From NCBI GenBank assembly GCA_965202585.1, contig OZ241826.1, positions 79,918,001 through 79,982,000 of the forward strand: a stretch of 64,000 nucleotides of DNA, read 5' to 3'. The notes beneath the pieces were generated by a model that was not told the DNA's origin, searched no databases, and saw only the letters and a list, made by a program, of their open reading frames with translations. This DNA comes from Thalia democratica. Taxonomy: Eukaryota. Positions 11,736-24,307 of this stretch are shown piece after piece (position 1 is the first letter of the stretch; each line of letters opens with the position of its first letter). Position numbers and translations under genes: made by a program.

Positions 11736-14700
11736 CTTAGATAATTTTAGATGCTCTTTGCTCAGTAAATTAATACAAAGCTTAACTAGTTATTTTATAC
11801 AACAAAGTATTGAAAAAAAGTCAATTCTTTATATTACCATCATTCGAACACACGAAGTTCTAACAACCCTTAATCAATCTGGTCAATTTTTTTTTGCAAT
11901 TGTATTAAACTTTAACCTTTTTGTTTGTTAGCAAGCTGACTATTGACAAAACAGAAAAAGATATTGAGATTGAAGAAAGAAGTTTCAATGCAAAGGGGAA
12001 ACTTTTTACGTTTTTATTTTACTGCCGCAATAAAAAAGTCGTTGGTGTTTTTTATTGGTGTCGCGAGAGACAATTAATTTTCGCTACTCGTTGAAACGCC
12101 AACGTCTTAAAAATTAGTCATGCTAGATGCTGCAGTAAATTAAAAAAAAAAAATTCAAAAATTTTAAAGTTGCTTCAGTATTATTAATTTGTTAAACATT
12201 TTTAATGGCTTTTTTTAAACTTACCTAACTTATTTTTTTTACAAATAAATTTTTTTATTCGTTTAAACGAAGCTAAATACGCAACATGAGCCTAACATTT
12301 CAATTGTTATTTAATTAATGGCTTTAGAATGTTATGAAATTTATTCAAGTATTTTTATCTAATATCTAGTTTTAGATTTTATTATCTTCAAAAAAAGCAA
12401 ATTCTGATATAAATTGGTTAATATGTATAGTACATATATTTAAAAGGTAAGGTTTAAACTAATACATAGTCTTTTACCTTAAAACCATTAAAAAAATAAC
12501 TTTGTCAGTTTTTGACTGTTTGTGAATTTAAAAAGTTTGTTAGAATAATTTAATATTTAGTATGATAGAAGTGCATCGAATTTTATACTAACAAAACATT
12601 TTGGGTACCATAAAAATAACTCAAATTTTACAAATTTTAGCAAACACTTCAACTACAAAGCATTTAAAATTGAAAGTAGTCGAGTTTGAAAAAATTGCAT
12701 ATTTTAACTTTAAAAATTATAGTTTGGTATGTTAATAAAGTTTTTAGTTTAAAATTTAAAGATTAATTTTGAATAACTTGCTGCTTTTACTTTAGTTGTT
12801 AAATTACACAATATACAAACTTTTTAGTAAATTATACTTATTGGTGTATAAAAATAATTAATAATCCTCGCCAAACTAGCTGCAAAAGCGTCAGTTAGCA
12901 AACATATTGAAGGCTTTCTATAATGAGGGCAAGTGAAAAATTCGAGGGTCAATAATGCAGCGATATTTTCGACGGCAGGAAATGGTGGTGTCAAGCAAAA
13001 AAACGAAGACAATTTTCTTATTCACTTCGACATCAATTACAAAAGCGTTTGAAGTTTTTTTTTGTGGTGGAAGTTGGTGCTATGTAGTTAATGATAAATT
13101 AAACTATATGTTTTATTTTGTTGAATTTGGTATTCATTCAACATTTTTTACCCCGTTTAATAAGCTTGTTTTTAAATTCATTTGTAATTGTTAAAGTTAA
13201 TCTAGCTACAACTTTTGGTTTGCGAACAGTAAAAAAAAACACTTTTTTTTAAATAAAATTAGCCAGGTGTAATAAAATTAGCCTGCAGGGAATTTATAGT
13301 ATATTAATTTTCTGAGGAGAAATTTATTTAAAGATAAACCGACCGCTTATACTAAGTATAACAAAAACTTGTTTTAAAAGCTTAAGAGTTTTACTCAATA
13401 ACCTTGTAAATAGTTTAATATAAATTTTAAGAGCCAAGTTATAGTTAAACCGCAAACATGTAACAGAAAGGCCATTAGTAGAACAAATTGTAATTCCCAA
13501 AAGATTGTTGGTTTACTTTCTTTAAAGTTTACTTCGGTTTAAATTTCAAATCACTGCTTTATAAGTATCCGTGCTCATTAAGCAGTTTGACTTTGTTCAA
13601 CAATTTTTGAAAACTTGCTTCGTTGTTAGATGATTTTTGTATATATATATTAATTGATTTTTGCCCTACCGTTGACATCATTACTTTCACCATTAAATCT
13701 TATTTTAAGGTTTAAACAGATTGAATAATTTTTAAACTTTACTAGCATAAACAAAATTTTAATTTATTAGAAGTCTTATTATAAACAAAATTAAATAAAT
13801 AAATAATTGTTTAAATTGTTTTAAAATTTTAGGTTTAAAAAAAAAGAATACAAACTATATAACACAACAAAAAAGCAAGATGTAAGTTTTTGTAGTAAAA
13901 ATAATATGAATAGTAGCTTTATAACAATATTTGTAGTAGTTCACCTAATCTTAGTTTAAACAGAAATAAAAGAACAATCTAACGCTTATTATTTTATGCA
14001 AGTTTTACTTGAAAAATATTTTTATTTTTTCATAGTATTAAATTTTTTTTTATAAATTTCTGAAGAAACTTTAAAATTTATTTAATATTGTTTAATGGAA
14101 CATACAAAAAAACACTCAAAAAGTTTTGTCTAAGGACCTGGTGTACAAAGAAACCTTTCGGTTATCGAGTCGTACACCTGGTCGTATTAGACGTTTCTAC
14201 TGCAAACAACTGTTGTGTATTGCAATTTATTTATTGTATCTAAACACAAAAAACACATAAACTTTTTTATAAATTTTAATAATACAAAAAAAAATTCTTC
14301 AAAAATAGAAAAATAGTTTTAGTAGTACATGAATATTTAAGGCCAAAAAAATATAAAATTTAACTGAAGTTCTCAACAAAATTTATTCGTAAAAGACTGT
14401 TTTGTTTTGAAATATTAAAAGCTTAACAAATTAAAAATATATCAAGTTAAAGTAATTATCTATTAATATATTTTTTTCTTAAATGTAGAAATACAAATAA
14501 ATTTTTGTATGAAATTATGTTACTGCAAAATCTTACCTAGTGTTTGAAAATCAGTCATTAGTACAAAAATAAAGTTTTTTTTTAGTCTGTTGAAATAAAA
14601 CCTCATACAAACTTCAGACTTATAAATTTATTTTTTGCACATAAAAAAACCAAAAGTTGTCGATCTGGTAAAAAAAAAAGTTAATAAACTTATGTAATTT

Positions 14701-14951
14701 TTTTACAAATATGCTTTCACTCAGAAAAAATAGAACAAGGAGCACTAAATGTAACTGCTTTTAAAAACAACAGAAAAAAGACTGTCGGTCAAACACACTC
14801 TTCTGCTAATTTGAGATGTGACAAAAGTTACTGTAAAATGATTTTTTTAAAAACCTCAACAATTAAAAAAAGGTAAACTTTAGAAGCGCTGTGTAAGCAA
14901 ATAGAGACGTTAAATTAAAGATTGCACAATTATCAAGTTTCAATCTCGGGT

Positions 14952-15143
14952 TTACCCTGATTCATTAAGAGGTGAGCAAGGTGAATGGTGAGCTTCGAGG
15001 ATGAATAAGTACGACCCCAAGTGACGGTGAACGGAGGAAATGAGGGTGTGAGCGTGACCCAGTTTCATTTGCAACCTGTTCAAGCATGACTCCTCCCTAA
15101 TGAACTGGAGGGAGTGTCCATTGATGCCGTTGTCAAGAAATAT
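14952..15143 (-). CDS. SAMD11: copy 1 exon 14, end of SAM domain and stop (not in ORF track)
   Basis: IFLDNGINGHSLQFIREESCLNRLQMKLGHAHTLISSVHRHLGSYLFILEAHHSPCSPLNESG*; 192 nt, same length as copy 2. Confidence 0.9.
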   Translation of the reverse strand: MFLDNGINGHSLQFIREESCLNRLQMKLGHAHTLISSVHRHLGSYLFILEAHHSPCSPLNESG

Positions 15144-18100
15144 CTGTTGTCATGGTTACTTTTGCATATTTTTATTTTGTTTCGTGTTGTAGAACAAACA
15201 ACAGCTAAAAAATTTTAATTTAAACAAGATTGAAGTCCTTTTACTATTTAAGTTCTAGTTTTAAGTAAAAAAACATTTGACTACGTTAGAATTTAATTTT
15301 ACATACTCTTAAGAAGTTTTAAACAAAATTGTGTATTTAGAGTTAGATATATTTGACGCACTTGTTTATATTGCCCCAAATTGATTTCGTCTAAATATTG
15401 ACCGACTCTTTTACAACTCCATTTGCTCATTTCATTTGTAACTTTGTCAGCAGACATGAAAGATGTCCTGTTGTTAGTTTCACCCAACAATGAAGCGTTT
15501 TTTGTTGAAGTGTGAGACACAGGTTCAGTTTTATAATGTGTTTTATTGGTCAGAAGATTAGAGTTCTTAAAAGAAGCTCCTTCTAAAGAGGAGTTTCTGT
15601 ATAACAAAACAAATTTAGTTCATTTATAAATACATAAATTTATACCTAACGTACTATAAACTTACAAGTCAAAGAGTGAACCAGAAATTATTGGTTTTTT
15701 TGTTTCTTTTTTGAGTTTTCTGAAATTAAAAATTGTAGAGTTTTGTATCACAAAAACAATTTAGTTTAACACATTACTGCAGAAGAATTGTTTTTTACCA
15801 CATTAGCTTTACAAACTAAAAGTTGTATAAATATTTTTAATAAAGTGATACGAAGTATGCGTTTTTATTTTGTTCGACTATATCTATATTAATATTTAAG
15901 TGTATTACTAAATGAATTGTACAAAACCATACTTACATAGGAACGCTACTTGATCTTTTTACGTTCTTCTGTATTGATTTTTTAACAAAGGTTTCATTTT
16001 CATCGTTTGTTATCCTAAAAAAAAACTTGAAAAGTATAACGTTGTATGCTATCAAGTTAATTTAAAAGAAAAAAACTGAGTATATGTTTTTTAGCTTTTT
16101 AGTTATACTTTAAGCCGTATCAGTTGATACTATCTATGCTTTAAACTTATACACGGATTTATTTTTTATGAAAACTAAATATACTTTACAATTATAATCA
16201 ATATTTGCATTTTTTTAGGTTAATGTTTCATCTTAAAAAAATCTTAAATTAAGTTGAAATTAAAGTTTTAAAAACACAAAACTGCTTACTTGTCTGAAAT
16301 TTCAGCGTGATCTTTAACATCATTTGAGTTATTTTTCAGAATTTGTTCAAAAGATTTTAGTTCTTCTGATTGGTAAACTTCTTCTTCTAACTGAGACTTG
16401 CAGTTTACTTTAAAATTGTCAAGTAAATTTGGCGCCAATTGTCCGAATGCAGCTGCCATGTTCTTTACAAGATTCGACTGATCCTGCATCAATCTGTAAA
16501 CAAATAGTTAGTTAAAGAATACATTATAAGTTTTCAAAAATACTTTATGTTTAAATAAAGAATATTGTTGTTAGAGAACATGACTTAACTTTTTTTAACT
16601 AAAATTGTAACTCTAAATTACTTATAATATACATACATAAACAATTTTTTTAGGTTTATAATGGTATAAATTGTTTAAAACAGAAAATTATCTGCGCTTA
16701 GATATTGACGGAAACTTTATTTTGAACAATTTGCTGTTTTTTTAAAGGGCAACTGTGAGCAATTTTACATATAATAAAATAAAAATAAATTACTTACTTT
16801 TTATAGTCGAAGTTGATTGAACTTTCATTTAAATTCGGAAGAAAGTCTATAAAATCTGTTTGTTAATATTCGTAAAATCGTTATGCATATATAGTTGGTC
16901 AAAAATTTTATTTTAAATGTATGCTAAAATATAAGCAGGTTTCAAAATTACTCATTACTTATTTTAGTGTTTAAATACTTAAAAAAAAACCGTTTTCTAT
17001 TTTTGATTTCTTGTTAACAGTTGGATGTAATTCGTTTGCTTCTTCAATCAACTGATTCTGCAAGAAAAGAGTTATAATTAAATGAAAAAAATATGTATAT
17101 ACTTGTATCTCTATCTAACTAACTCTCAACCTGATTTTGTTTAAGGTCGTTCAAAGACCTTTTTCTAGAAGCTGTATCTTCGTTTGCTGCAGGACTTTTA
17201 ACTTTTTTATCAGTCGAACATGGAGATTTTCGTTGCATTTGCGACGGAGAAGCTCTGAATAAAAACTCTATTATTAAATACATACCCCTTAACTTCAAAA
17301 ACGTGAAACATTATCTAAAATATTTTGTTGTTTATCTTTTAAAGTTATAATTACTTTTAATGCATTTATTTCATGAAAAACAGACATAAAAAAATGTATA
17401 CATTGAATTACAAAGTGATAAGAGAGGTATATAGATTGGAAAGATCAAAAAATTATTTAAATAAAAAAATAAGCAACATACATTTTTCTAGACGGCAGAA
17501 CGCAAGTAAAAGCGGAATTTCTCGTCTCTGATTCGCTGATTTTGGCTAGCAACGGCGAGTTGTCGAAACCCATCAGTGAAGAGCTGGGCAGGTTGCTTGG
17601 CAACGAAACCAACGGTTGCCATGCAGTGACGTCATCATGATCTCCCCGCTGGTTGTTTATGGTGAAAGGGAAAATATGGGTGATTTTGTTTGGCGCGTCA
17701 TCCTCAGCAGAACTTGTCTGTTTGATATTTTTGCTTACTTCTAAAAATTAAGTAAATAAATTTAGACCGAATATTGAGTGTTTCGAAAGTTTAAATTTTA
17801 ACATTGTTACTTGACTCTTCTTTCTTTTATTTATTTATTTTAAAAGTAAAATCCTTAGTTTTTTAACTTTTATTTTATTTGTATGGAAAGCATTGTCGTT
17901 TTTTTTACTATTTTATAAGACAAAATTTATGTTAAAAACCATTAATTACACTATGTTAAAATGAATAAAAGATCATTGTGGTTTAAGATTGCTACAAAGT
18001 AAATAGTCTCACCCTGTTTTGTTGAGCGAAGAAAGCGATGTTCTTTAGACACCATTCACATTCGCATTCGTTCTGATGATGAATGATCACCGATTTTGAC

Positions 18101-21100
18101 ATGAGAGCTTTCAGACTTTTCCCGTGATGTCTGATGCTCCTCTTCCAATCCTTGGCAGTCTCCCTCCCGCTTATCGCTTGGAACTCGTTGGGGTACATCC
18201 AGTTCTGCTTGCCCCCGAGCTCGTACAGAATTGATTTGCCTGAAAAGTTACAAATAGTTAGTATAAATGTTTGTTTTAGCAAAAACTTTTGTACTATTGA
18301 ACAAATCTGAGATTGTTGTTTCTTTCAGTTGTTAATTTGACAATATTAAACGCACTATAAAAGGAATTATACTTAATTTTTTACGAAAAAAATTGAGATC
18401 AAAAAAAAAAAGTCTGTGTTCTTAAAACAAGCAGCTCACAATACTGTTGTACTCAATATTCCAGAGAAACACGACAGACTGCTAATTAACAAATTAAACG
18501 AAAATCGTAACTCGTTGTATAAGTTTGTAGTTCTCTCATTTTAAACTCGTACCAAGCTGGTTTTTATTGTTTAATAAACTGGAAATAATCCACCTACTCA
18601 AAGGTTTCAAATTTTTTGACATATTTACAGCTTTTTAAATCTTGATCGCTTACAACTATATTGTTTACTTTTAATTTTTTATTAATTTCTTATTATACTA
18701 CCCATTATAATCACGAAACTTATATGCTCATTGTTTGCTAACAAAGTAAAACCTGTTAATTTTGTGAGCTTTTAGATTTTGAAAATGCCATTAGTTAAAA
18801 AAGTTTTAAGTAAGCTAAAACTAAAAAAAAAGTTTTAAGAATTTAAGATGTAAAGACACTAAGTAATAAACAAAGAAACTTGATTTGCCAGTCTAGTTTA
18901 GATCGGTTGAGTTCAAAATTACAATGTTACTAATACAATTTACAGATAGAGACGGCACTCCGAGCAAAAATCGACTTAAACATGAAAAGAAAACTTCTCT
19001 AAAAAATCACGAGCGGCCTTATTGAATGGAATTTCACGTTCTGGTCAAACAAACGAAAAAAAACGAGGCGAAGCATAAGGAACAGTCTGCGTTGCGAGAA
19101 AGTAATTAAATTGCAACGAAATACTTTTGTGCGTAAGCATCTAGTGTGTTTTTTTTTTGCGCTCGTGATTTAACTTGCAGTCTGCTTTGCAACCTTTTGT
19201 TTGAGCTGTTGTCAATTAAAACATTTATTTTAAGCTAAACATGCTGTTCTTTTACGTTTTTTAGTTTTCAAATTCTGCAGAGGTTTTGTTTGAAACGGAC
19301 TTTGACTTTTATTATTTACTGTTGTTGATAATGTTTTTTTAAAACTACGAATATTTTATTTTAAATATGTAAAACAATATTGATACAATGTTTATGCATA
19401 CTTAAGACAAAGAGATATAACAGCTTTTACAAAGAAGTCGCAAAAATTCATTATTATTGAAATAAGTTTTTACATGCATTTATGTAAACTTAAAAAGTTA
19501 TTACGCTTAGGCTTTATTTGAAAAACAATTTTGGTAACTATAAAGGTTATTTAAACTTTTTTTTGATTTAATTATTTCTATAAACTTTATAATCAGCACA
19601 AATTCGTAAAGGACAAAAAAAAAGCTTAAACGTTTTATACTTTAAAATAAAAACTACTTTTTAATTTGAACAAAAATATAATTTACTGTTATAAAGCAAG
19701 GAAGTTAACTAGATAAAAAAAAGTACCCTATCTGAATAAATTTTTAGCAGCTTTGAACATTGCAGACTAATAAAAAACTAAACAAAAATAATTTTAATAT
19801 AGACATAATGAGAAACTTGTTTTTTAGATTTAAATAATAAATTCATAAAAATGAAAACTTGTTTAAACTATTCTAGTTTATAATTTGTTACTTATTTATA
19901 TATGCATTAAACAAATAACAAACAAATTCAAAATAATACATAAGCTAAACAAATATTTATTAATATAAACCCACCTTTGCTACCCTGGCTGAGTCTTGCG
20001 ATGTAGAGGAGGGCATTGTTGTCGCCGCAAGTCACCTCCAAAAACTCCTCTCCTCCTTCGTCCTTCTTCACTTCCACCTCCGAGCTGCTCACGTGACCTT
20101 TCGGCAGGTTCACCGTCCACCTGCAACCCTCCGTTGCCACATGGTGATGGCTGTTTGCCCCTGGAAACCGGTTTTGAAGCCTCATTTTGCTCACTGAATT
20201 TTCCATCAAATCTGCAAATGTTTAAACTTGCATTTAAACAGATTTCAATTTTAAGTTGAAATAAGTTTATATATTATTTTTTATGGTTTTATAAATAAAT
20301 CTATGTATTATTTCAGATCAAAATATTATTTGTTAAGCTTTATAGCCTGTTTTGGTTAATAGTTTTATGATCAGACTCACTTGTAATAATATTAGTAAAT
20401 TAAAATCTTGAACATTTAAGTTTTAGAGTGAGCAGCTAAAAATAATTACAAGCAACGTATGTTTCAAATACTCACTGACGACAGTTTAGTTTTTTTCAGT
20501 GAAAAGGCAAAACACTCGCAGGTTGCGATTCAAAAGCTTGAACGAAAAGGAAGCTCGTCAATCGATAAATTAGACACGCAGCTAATGGTGACCTCTAGCA
20601 ACGCTTCTATCGACGAAGGTTGGCATTAGCAACACACAACGAAGCAAAGAAAAAGCCAGATGAGCTGCAATGACGTGACAAAGGATTAAGAGCCGCGATA
20701 AAAAGAAGCAGCGACAGCAGCAGATAACCTCGAGTAGAACGAAGCGAATAACCGTGACTAGCTTTCAATGTTTGTATTTTGTTGCTCCCTGTACGAACGA
20801 AATCGAATGATTGCGGTGTCAACGCGCAAGCGATATACAAACATTGACGGTGCCTAGCGAAAAAAAAAGAAGAAGAGAACGCCGCTAGACGCTTTGTGGT
20901 AATTGAAATTTTTTTACTGCCGCTAGGTGTGACGTCATAATGCATCAAAAGTGCTCGCTCTCGTCACACAATAGGCTTTCCAGCTTTCTTTGTTATAAAG
21001 CGCCGCCCGACAGCTGAGGATCGGTAAATTGAACGACGAGATGCTTTTATTCATTATTTATCGCCGCGCCACATTCTGCTTCTTTTCGCTGCGGCTGTTT

Positions 21101-24100
21101 AAAACTCTCTCTCTCTCTATTGAGATGTGTGAGTTGAGTGGTGCGAGAATAATTACCGCCGAAACTTGCTGAACGATTGAACGGCAGATAAATAGCTGAC
21201 TGATCTCGCCGCGACACTCAGAGCTTCTAGTTGATTTCAGAGGCGTGTTCCGTGATTTAACGCTTTTCAAAAACACACATCGCGAGACAAGTCGACCTTT
21301 TAGTGTTTCAAAAATCTTAGCGAGGTGCAGCTTAGTTAATGGCTGTAGGTAGAGGGTTTTGCAAAACCTTTTAGCAGAGAAAAACTTTTGATATTTTTAT
21401 GCAGGCTTTTTTGCTTACTCGCAAATTTTTCTGTCATTCATTTTCGTTGTTAGCTTTCTTATTTTAGATATCAAAATACGTAAAATAATAAAAGTAATAT
21501 TTATTAGAAGCACAAGAACTTTTTGACTAGATCAATAAAATTAATCAAGCTTTACAAGTTTAACAAGAAATGCTCATCCATAATCCTAAATACACAAAAA
21601 GTCATCAACATGTTGGCAGTTGTCTACATTGACCTGTGTGCGAATGTCGCAAGCATATTTTTTGTTTGAAAACTACCAACAACAAAAGAACAAGAGATCT
21701 TCTTGCTGTTTCTCAATTAGTATAACTAATCACCTTCTCTATACATCAGCGTTGCGCAGTATCGGTTTTACAGCGGTGAAGATTGATTGGAACAAACAGG
21801 AAGGTCAACGCTAAACCGCGATGTCAGGACTTGGCACTAAAGTTACTGAAATCAGCTTTATTTAGCAGAATAGCAATTAAATACGCGCGAGGTTGTACGG
21901 TTGATCATTTGAATTTAAATTTGTTGAAAAACCATTGCGCTTGTAAAAGCTCGCGAGCCCGAAAAGCTTTGACGAGTGTAAGTTAACATGTGTAAGTTTC
22001 GTTTATATGTTCAAGCGGTTATTAACATTTATATATATTAAAAATCTGATTCATTTTCTCTAGTCGTTTATGTCACAAACGATTTCAAGCTTGAGAATAT
22101 TAAAACCGTTGCTCGCTTCAATTAATTAAAAAAAAAGCATAAATCAATTTTACAGCTGCAAAATTTGTTACACATATGCAAGGCTAATGGCCTTGCATAT
22201 CATAACAATTCATAACAATTTTTTTAGAAAATCATAGACGAATTAATAAAATGTTTAAAAATATAAATTATACATATATATATAGAAAAAATTGTACTAA
22301 ATATAAACGAAAGCTTTAATTTTGTATTGACTTTTTTATCATGTGCAATATACAGTTTAACAAAAACTAACTGTTGTTGTTAAGAGTAACTACTTTTTTT
22401 CCGTTGCTACTAGTAACAACCGAAGGCTGCTTACATTCTGTAACGGAAATCGTGGATGACAGCTCTGGTGATGACGTCATAGCGGAAGTTGACCTCTGTA
22501 GCGTAGAAACCAGCCGATGATGATTGAGCTGGTTGTTGCTGTGTAAAAGAAGAGAATCACGAACAAAATAAAATAAGTAAAACGGTGTTATAGTTAATTA
22601 AAAATTTAGTTGTAAAAAGACTGCTGACTAAATAAAAAATATCTTGATGAATAAAAAATTTGAATAACAAATACTTTTTTTTTGTTTTTAGGTAAAAAAA
22701 TTTTTAAGTTATACTGCAAGTAAAAGTTAGTTTTTAGTCTAAAAGCTGATAAAAACACGCTTTATTCTAATTATAATTTTACCGTGAAAACGTTGTGTTG
22801 TCGAACATTGGCATATTAGAAAATGGCAATAAACTTTCTTGCTTCTTGTTCAAGTTCATCAGGTTTAAAACTTGTAACCTGAAAGTTTTTAGTTTTAAGC
22901 AATACAAAACTTAAAATCTGTTTGTGAAAGTTTATAAACTTTCATTTATGAGAAAATCAGTTCATTGGAAAGGTTGGAAAAGAACAAAAATCAAATTTTA
23001 TTGTTTTAAAGATGTTTCCGCCTGCAAAATATTCAAATACTAAGCGACCACAAATAAAAACACAAATTAAATGAAATTAAGTTTTTGACACTAAATTAAG
23101 AACATAAATTAAACTAAAGGGAACTTCTTTTTTGCAAACAGCGTACCGGTTGTACAATCTAATTTTACATTCAATATTTTTGCTGTTACAACTCAACAAG
23201 TCAGCAGTTGTCATAGCAACCAGCCACACACGCGGCAGTAAAAACAAATCCAACGAGCCCACCACGTCGCCAAGTAAACAAGCTTCTTAGCAACGGTTGC
23301 CAAGTTGCGAGCTGCATTCAAGCAGATAAACGCTTGTGGTCTCTCGCATGGCAACCGAGCTGGCATGGTTGCTTGGCAACCGGGTCGTCCTGCTTTCAGC
23401 ACTTCCGCACTTTTAGTTAATCATCTTTGACGAAAATCACCGACGTCTGCGAAGGCGGCTTTAAGTTTCCTCCAGACGCGGTAAAGTATACCATATGTCT
23501 AAAGTTTCAAATTTTTTCTCAAGAAAATTTTTTTTGATGTAAATGTTTTCTAGGATTAGTTTTCTATAGTCTTTAGCAGCGTTATTTTAAAAAACACAAC
23601 TTGAATAGTTAGTACTACTTTGAAGTTAATAAGTTTATTATTGTCTAAAAATAGTTCAAGTTTATTTACTAGTACTTCATACTATCTTTTAAATAAAACT
23701 TGTGCCCGATTGAGTTAATTAGTTTTAAATTTTTCCCCCTAACTATAAACGCCTGTAGTAAATTTTATGGTTGTTAATTGGTTGATATGTTTGTCTTTTG
23801 ACCTGTAATATTAGAGTATAAATATATTTAAAGAACTACCACACAACAAAGTTAAATAATAAAACTTATTTTAAAGCAAACATTTCTTTATTTGAAAACA
23901 TTAGTACAATTTTTCGAAGTTTTAAAGGATTACAAACAACGAATTTTTTAATAGGTATTTTCAACAGTTGATAAGAGATATTACTAAGTTTTTGTTTTAC
24001 TTAGTTAATGAATAATTTGTTTAAATACTCACCAGTTAAACTGATTTGGGCCTCCTAACTGTAGCGGGTCGAACCCGGAAAGTTCATCTTCTTTTTGATG

Positions 24101-24307
24101 TTTAGCCCCATTTATCCCACCGAAATTAGAAGGAACTTGCTGAAATCCCCCAGGAAAGGGGTTACCAGGCAACATGGCTGCCGGGTTATTAAGCATCCAC
24201 ATACTGGCAAGGTCGGGTTGAGAAAAAATATCCCCGAACTCGGCACCTGATTGGCTTAAAATTGTCGATAAATTAGGAGAAATACCCGGAACTGCTGAAG
24301 AACCCAT
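14952..24307 (-). CDS. SAMD11: SAND + SAM domain nuclear protein, SAMD11/SAMD7-like, copy 1 (14 coding exons, 746 aa, intact)
   Basis: Manually spliced exons (minus): 24307-24033, 22878-22783, 22538-22372, 20211-19975, 18239-18013, 17717-17482, 17254-17131, 17057-16991, 16846-16798, 16493-16290, 16014-15937, 15719-15666, 15596-15362, 15143-14952. All introns are GT-AG, phases are compatible, and the total is 2241 nt with no internal stop. SAND with KDWK motif (LEVTCGDNNALLYIARLSQGSKG/KSI..PNEFQAISGRETAKDWKRSIRHHGKSLKALMSK..CECEWC) and C-terminal SAM (WSCKRVGQYLDEINLGQYKQ/IFLDNGINGHSL..LQMKLGHAHTLISSVHRHLG). The SAND text matches my recollection of long-isoform SAMD11; the symbol means 'like', orthology not tested. 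Confidence 0.88.
15362..15596 (-). CDS. SAMD11: copy 1 exon 13, start of SAM domain
   Basis: KWSCKRVGQYLDEINLGQYKQ, donor CAA|GTGCGT phase 0. Confidence 0.9.
18013..18239 (-). CDS. SAMD11: copy 1 exon 5, C-terminal half of SAND domain (KDWK)
   Basis: PNEFQAISGRETAKDWKRSIRHHGKSLKALMSK; acceptor ttttcag, donor GTGAGA. Confidence 0.95.
19975..20211 (-). CDS. SAMD11: copy 1 exon 4, N-terminal half of SAND domain
   Basis: EEFLEVTCGDNNALLYIARLSQGSK; acceptor ttgcag, donor AAG|GTGGGT; phase 1/1. Confidence 0.93.
23200..23420. promoter_or_regulatory. module C, intron-1 cluster of RFX X-box-like palindromes
   Basis: gttgtcatagcaac (23208), gttgcttggcaac (~23368) and several half sites; homologues at 1493-1790, 10230-10512, 35070-35320 and 41385-41462. 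The X-box consensus GTNRCC(N0-3)RGYAAC is established. Confidence 0.55.
24033..24307 (-). CDS. SAMD11: copy 1 coding exon 1 (MGSSAVPG...FNW)
   Basis: ATG at 24307, donor TG|GTGAGT; near-identical paralogous exon at 40391-40665. Confidence 0.8.

Noticed and set aside
18013-20211. cDNA-templated (retro) homogenisation of the two genes
   Set aside because: Identity runs to the end of exon 4 but the first ~25 nt of exon 5 are diverged; an mRNA template should continue across the junction
19996-20259. Antisense ORFs repeated in both copies (19996-20259 +, 45447-45704 -)
   Set aside because: Shadows of the GC-rich SAND exon on the opposite strand; their similarity is explained by exon 4 identity
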